Shown: positions 59,712 to 64,000 of the stretch, piece by piece | Position numbering within the stretch: the first letter of the stretch is position 1 | How the letters are laid out: every line of letters starts with the position of its first letter | Assembly: GCA_036497115.1 (NCBI GenBank) | Contig: DASXJY010000033.1 | Location: forward strand, 5,483-69,482 | Source: Solirubrobacteraceae bacterium | Lineage (GTDB): Bacteria > Actinomycetota > Thermoleophilia > Solirubrobacterales > Solirubrobacteraceae | DNA length: 64,000 nucleotides | Reading direction: 5' to 3' | Notes under the pieces: generated by a model | Seen by the model: only the letters and a program-made list of their open reading frames with translations | Database searches by the model: none | Told to the model about the DNA's origin: nothing | Made by a program: the position numbers and the translations under genes

Positions 59712-59903
59712 ATGCCCAAGATCTGTCACGTCTGCCACAAGGGCCCGTCGTTCGGCCATAACCGCAGCCATTCGATGGTGGCCACCAATCGCCGCTTTGA
59801 TCCGAACCTGCAGCGTGTACGGATCGACGACGGCGGGACGCCACGTCGCGTCTACGTCTGCACGCGCTGCCTGAAGGCCGGCAAGGTCGTCAAAGCGCGC
59901 TAG
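59712..59903 (+). CDS. rpmB: 50S ribosomal protein L28 (Zn-binding C+ form)
   Basis: MPKICHVCHKGPSFGHNRSHS...T.RRF.PNLQ...VCTRCLK; TATACT 8 nt upstream. Confidence 0.95.
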   Translation: MPKICHVCHKGPSFGHNRSHSMVATNRRFDPNLQRVRIDDGGTPRRVYVCTRCLKAGKVVKAR

Positions 59904-59938
59904 TGGCCGTCCACGTGAGGGACTACCTCTAGTGGTGC

Positions 59939-61645
59939 GTGCCGATCATCGAGGGGACCGCTAACGTGGCCACCGCCGGACGGCCGGCGGAGCGCCCGCG
60001 CGTCTCTGACCCGATCATCGTCCGGTTCCGCGCGATCGTGGAGGCCGGGCTGGCGGCACTTGAGGAGCGCCGCGAGGAGGTCAACGATCTCAACGTGTTT
60101 CCGGTCGCCGATGGCGACACCGGGGACAACATGGTCCTGACCCTGCGGGCCGTCCTGGAGGAGCTCGACCATCTGTCCAGTACCTCTGAGGGCCGCACGA
60201 TCGATGAGATCGGCCGTGACGAGATCGTCGCCTCGGTGGCTCGCGCCGCCCTGCTCGGCGCCCGCGGCAACTCCGGGGTGATCCTGTCTCAGCTGATCCG
60301 TGGCGCCGCCGAGGAGCTGGCCAGCCGGCCGGGGGAGCTGGTCGACCCGGTGCTGATCGGCGCGGCGCTGGCCCGCGCCGCCGACCAGGCCTACGGGTCG
60401 GTTCGCGAGCCGGCCGAGGGGACGATCCTGACCGTGGTTCGCGAAATGGCCCACCGCGTGGCCTTCGAGCTGGCCCACATGCCCGACGCCCGCCTGGGCG
60501 AGGACGCCACCGCCGGCGAGCAGGATCTGGTCATCGCCGAGGTGATCGCCAACGCCCTGGAGGCCGGACAGGAGTCAGTCAAGCGCGGGCCCGACCTGCT
60601 CCCGGTCCTGCGCGATGCCGGCGTTGTCGACGCCGGTGGCTACGGGCTGACCGTCCTGCTGGCCGGGATCGTGGGAGCGCTGCGTGGGTCCGAGCCGCCG
60701 CCCGTCGACCATCACGAGGCGGCCCGGGTCACCCACCCCCAGCATTCCTCGACCACGTTCCGCTACTGCACGAACTTCGCCGTCACCGGCAGCGGTCTCG
60801 AGCAGCGCCGCTTCATCCAGCGCCTGGAGGAGATCGGCGACTCGGTCCTTGTGGTCGGCGACGCGTCGACGCTCAAGGTCCACGTGCACACCGACGATCC
60901 GGACCGGGCCACGGCCCTGTTCGCCGACCAGGGCGTCGTCTCGCACCTCGACGTCGCCGACATGCGAGAGCAGGTCCAACGCCGGGACGAGCGGCTCGTG
61001 GCCCCGATCCCGACTGCCACCTGCGGCGCGCTGGCGGTGGTCAACGGCGAGGGCCTGCGGACGCTGTTCGAGGGCCTCGGGATCCGCGTCCTCGACGGCG
61101 GACCGACGCTGAACCCGTCGACCTATGACCTGCTGGCCGCGATCCACGCCGTTGCCGCCGAGCAGGTGGTGGTGCTGCCCAACAGCGCCAACGTGGTCAT
61201 GGCCGCCGAGCGCGCGGCCGAGCTGTCGGACAAGCGGGTGGCCGTGGTTCCCGCGCACTCCCCGCAGGCCGGACTGGCGGCGGCGGTCAGTCTCGACCCC
61301 GCTCGCAGCGGGCAGGCCAACGCCGCGGCGATGATGGCGACCCTCGCCGGGGTCCGCACCGGAGCCGTCGCTCCCGCCGCGCGCGACGATCCCCAGGGCC
61401 GCTTCCGAGCCAGCGAGGCGGTCGGCTTCGTGGAGGAGGAGCTGGTGTCCTGGGGGGAGCCCGAGACGACGCTGCGCACGGTGCTCGAGCGCCTGAGCGA
61501 CGGGGCCGAGCTGATCACCTGCCTGCGGGGCGCCGAGGCGCCTCTGGACGATCAGGCTGTTCGCGCCCTGGTCGACGGCGACGCCGAGCTGGAGCTGTCT
61601 GACGGCGGTCAGCCCAGCTACTGGTGGCTGCTGGCGGCCGAGTAG
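59939..61645 (+). CDS. DAK2 domain protein (fatty acid kinase FakA/YloV-like)
   Basis: NDLNVFPVADGDTGDNM, GARGNSGVILSQ, EGTILTV, VDAGG, KVHVHT, GGQP. Typical rpmB-DAK2-recG synteny. Start may be GTG 59966. Confidence 0.9.
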   Translation: MPIIEGTANVATAGRPAERPRVSDPIIVRFRAIVEAGLAALEERREEVNDLNVFPVADGDTGDNMVLTLRAVLEELDHLSSTSEGRTIDEIGRDEIVASVARAALLGARGNSGVILSQLIRGAAEELASRPGELVDPVLIGAALARAADQAYGSVREPAEGTILTVVREMAHRVAFELAHMPDARLGEDATAGEQDLVIAEVIANALEAGQESVKRGPDLLPVLRDAGVVDAGGYGLTVLLAGIVGALRGSEPPPVDHHEAARVTHPQHSSTTFRYCTNFAVTGSGLEQRRFIQRLEEIGDSVLVVGDASTLKVHVHTDDPDRATALFADQGVVSHLDVADMREQVQRRDERLVAPIPTATCGALAVVNGEGLRTLFEGLGIRVLDGGPTLNPSTYDLLAAIHAVAAEQVVVLPNSANVVMAAERAAELSDKRVAVVPAHSPQAGLAAAVSLDPARSGQANAAAMMATLAGVRTGAVAPAARDDPQGRFRASEAVGFVEEELVSWGEPETTLRTVLERLSDGAELITCLRGAEAPLDDQAVRALVDGDAELELSDGGQPSYWWLLAAE

Positions 61646-61684
61646 CCGTCACCGACCGCCGTCGCGGTCATCATCTGGGCAGCG

Positions 61685-63802
61685 ATGTCGGCGACCGCAT
61701 TTGCCAGCTCACGGCCCCTCGAAGCCGCTGAGCTGTTACAGGCCCCGGTCCGCTATCCGCGCCCTTCGCAGCTGCTGCGAAGGCTTCGCTTCGACGGCCC
61801 CAAGGCCGAGCGCGCCGCCGCCAGCCTGGGCCTGGGCACGATCGGAGACCTCCTCGAGCACCTGCCGCGTGACCGCCGGGAGGCCCGGGCGGTCTCCCAG
61901 CTCGTGGCCGGCGAGACCGCGACGGTGGTGGTGGAGGTCCGCAGTATCGCGTCGCGTCCGGTGCGACGCCGGGGGATGCGTCCGCTGGTCGAGGCCACCG
62001 TGGCCGACGAGAGCGCGACGATGAAGGCAACCTTCTTCAACCAGCCCTGGTTGGCCAAGCGATATCCGGCCGGGACCCGGCTGGTGCTGCACGGCAAGTA
62101 CGAGGCCCGCAACCGGTTCCGGGTCCAGGGCCACGCCCAGACCACGGAGGCGGCGGGCGGCGAGGCGGCCGTCGCGCACTACCCGGCCGCCGAGGGGCTC
62201 TCCTCGACTCAGATCCTGGCCCTGGTGCGGGCTCACGCCGCGGCGATCGACGAGCTGCCCGAGCCCCTGCCGGCGCTGCTGCGAGCCCGCGAGCGGCTGG
62301 CCGAGCGGCGAGCGGCAGTGGCCGCCGTGCACCTGGCCGCAGCGGAGTCCGAGCAGGCGCTGGGGCGCCGCCGTCTGGCCTTCGACGAGCTCCTGCTGGT
62401 CCAGCTGGCGCTCCTGCGCCGGCGGCGTCTGCGCAGACGCGGAGCCACGGCGCCGGCGCTCGACGGCGAACCGGAGCTGTCGGCGCGATGGCTTGCCTCG
62501 ATGCTGCCGTTCACGCCGACCGCAGATCAGCTCTCGGCGATCGACGAGATCGATCGCGACCTCGCCTCGCCGCGGCCGATGCAGCGGCTGCTGATGGGCG
62601 AGGTGGGATCCGGCAAGACGGTGGTCGCGCTGCACGCCTTGCTGCGGGCGGTGGAGCAGGGCTATCAGGGGGCGCTGATGGCCCCCACCGAGCCGCTGGC
62701 CGAGCAGCACTTCGCCACCATCCAGGCGCTGATGCCGGGTGAGGCGGTGCCGATCGGCCTGCTGACCGGTTCAACTCCGGGGCGACGGCGCGCCGATCTG
62801 CTGGGCAAGCTGGCCAGCGGCGAGCTGGCGCTCGTGGTCGGCACCCACGCCCTGGTCGAGGAGCCGGTCCGGTTCGCGCAGCTGGCGGTGGCGGTCGTCG
62901 ACGAGCAGCACCGCTTCGGGGTCCGCCAGCGGGCGGCGCTGGACGCCAAGGCGGGGGAGGGGGCCATCCCCCACGTCCTGCACATGACCGCGACGCCGAT
63001 CCCTCGCACCATGGCCCTGGCCAACTACGGCGACCTCGACGTGACAGTGCTGCGCGAGCTGCCCCGGGGGCGACAGCCGATCAAGACCTATGTCTGCTCG
63101 ACCGACGGCGAGCGAGCCCGCGCCTACGAGCGGATCCGCGAGGAGCTGCGGGCCGGACGGCAGGCCTTCGTCGTCTGCCCGCTGGTCGACGAGTCCGAGC
63201 TGCTGCAGGCCCGCGCCGCCACCGCCGAGTACGAGCGTCTGCGCACCGGCGAGCTGCGCGACTTCCGGGTGGTGTTGATGCACGGTCAGCTGCGCCCGGG
63301 AGAAAAGCACGACGTGATGGCCTCGTTCGCCTCCGGTGCCGCCGACGTGCTGGTGGCCACGTCGGTGATCGAGGTGGGGATCGACGTCCCCAACGCCACC
63401 GTGATGTTGGTCGAGGACGCCGACCGCTACGGGATCTCCCAGCTTCACCAGCTCCGCGGCCGCATCGGCCGGGGCGAGCATCCGTCGCTCTGCCTCCTGT
63501 TCGGGGCCAAGGGGTCGCCACGGCTGCGGGCCCTGGCCGACCACAGCGACGGTTTCCGGCTGGCCGAGATCGACCTCGAGCTGCGCGGCGAAGGGGAGCT
63601 CGTCGGGACCCGGCAGAGCGGGCTCGCCCAGTTCCGGGTCGCCGAGCTGCCCCGTGACGCCGAGCTGCTGGAGCGAGCGCGGCTGCGGGCTGAGCTGCTC
63701 GACGCCGAGGACCCGGAGCTTGTGGAGCCCGAGAACTCTCTGCTTGGCGATGCCCTTTCCGGCTTGTATGGGGCGGAGGCGGCTGCCCCGATCCGGGCCT
63801 AG
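61685..63802 (+). CDS. recG: ATP-dependent DNA helicase RecG
   Basis: FFNQPW, RLLMGEVGSGKT, DEQHRFG, MTATPIPRT, QLHQLRGRIGR, DLELRG.GE..GTRQSG. Confidence 0.96.
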   Translation: MSATAFASSRPLEAAELLQAPVRYPRPSQLLRRLRFDGPKAERAAASLGLGTIGDLLEHLPRDRREARAVSQLVAGETATVVVEVRSIASRPVRRRGMRPLVEATVADESATMKATFFNQPWLAKRYPAGTRLVLHGKYEARNRFRVQGHAQTTEAAGGEAAVAHYPAAEGLSSTQILALVRAHAAAIDELPEPLPALLRARERLAERRAAVAAVHLAAAESEQALGRRRLAFDELLLVQLALLRRRRLRRRGATAPALDGEPELSARWLASMLPFTPTADQLSAIDEIDRDLASPRPMQRLLMGEVGSGKTVVALHALLRAVEQGYQGALMAPTEPLAEQHFATIQALMPGEAVPIGLLTGSTPGRRRADLLGKLASGELALVVGTHALVEEPVRFAQLAVAVVDEQHRFGVRQRAALDAKAGEGAIPHVLHMTATPIPRTMALANYGDLDVTVLRELPRGRQPIKTYVCSTDGERARAYERIREELRAGRQAFVVCPLVDESELLQARAATAEYERLRTGELRDFRVVLMHGQLRPGEKHDVMASFASGAADVLVATSVIEVGIDVPNATVMLVEDADRYGISQLHQLRGRIGRGEHPSLCLLFGAKGSPRLRALADHSDGFRLAEIDLELRGEGELVGTRQSGLAQFRVAELPRDAELLERARLRAELLDAEDPELVEPENSLLGDALSGLYGAEAAAPIRA

Positions 63803-64000
63803 AGCGTCTTGGGGGCGGGTCGTCCGGCGCATGCCGCTGCCGCTGTGCGCCGCTTGGGGGGGCGCTGTGCGCTGAGTCGGGCGAGGTGCGACGCGAGGCA
63901 CAGCGGGAGCGGATGCGCCGACCGCCCCGGCGGACGGGGGTGGAGGGGATTGGCGCCTCGTCTCAGCGGCACGGGATGAGCGGACCGGGCGGTCGGGGTG

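Noticed and set aside
63803-64000. Possible ORF or RNA after recG
   Set aside because: G-rich sequence with one short hairpin (CGGCGCA/TGCGCCG) and no recognisable gene; truncated by the window edge.

Overview
High-GC actinobacterial core-chromosome segment. Gene content and order suggest class Thermoleophilia, order Solirubrobacterales (inference only). From left to right: the N-terminus of an SRPBCC-like gene and a divergent accessory clpP, sharing twin palindromic operators; a dcw cluster (murE-murF-mraY-murD-ftsW-murG-[GH6-like, F420 oxidoreductase]-murC-murB-ftsQ-ftsZ); gcvT-H-PA-PB; an APC permease divergent from panE-like/M20/rhomboid/trpS/scpAB; alkZ-like and rlmN divergent from rluB; three GT-C-type membrane proteins; aroH-hisC-aroF-tyrA-aroA-cmk-der; a DUF3352-like and a PH-domain gene; priA-def-fmt-rsmB-Zn-finger-rpe; a flippase/methyltransferase/GT2/GT39 block; ribD-E-BA-H; a Ser/Thr kinase; rpmB; DAK2; recG. 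No rRNA, tRNA, CRISPR, IS or prophage was recognised. The most notable unannotated signal is a 29-codon leader ORF rich in Trp, Tyr and Phe upstream of aroF-tyrA-aroA. It has its own promoter and can pair with the aroF ribosome-binding site, so it is a candidate attenuator sensing all three aromatic amino acids. Other signals are pervasive leaderless-gene promoter signatures, a 21-bp bidirectional rlmN/rluB promoter, repeated operator-like motifs at ftsZ, and a GH6-like protein with altered catalytic motifs inside the dcw cluster. All calls were made by eye from motifs; no database searches were run.
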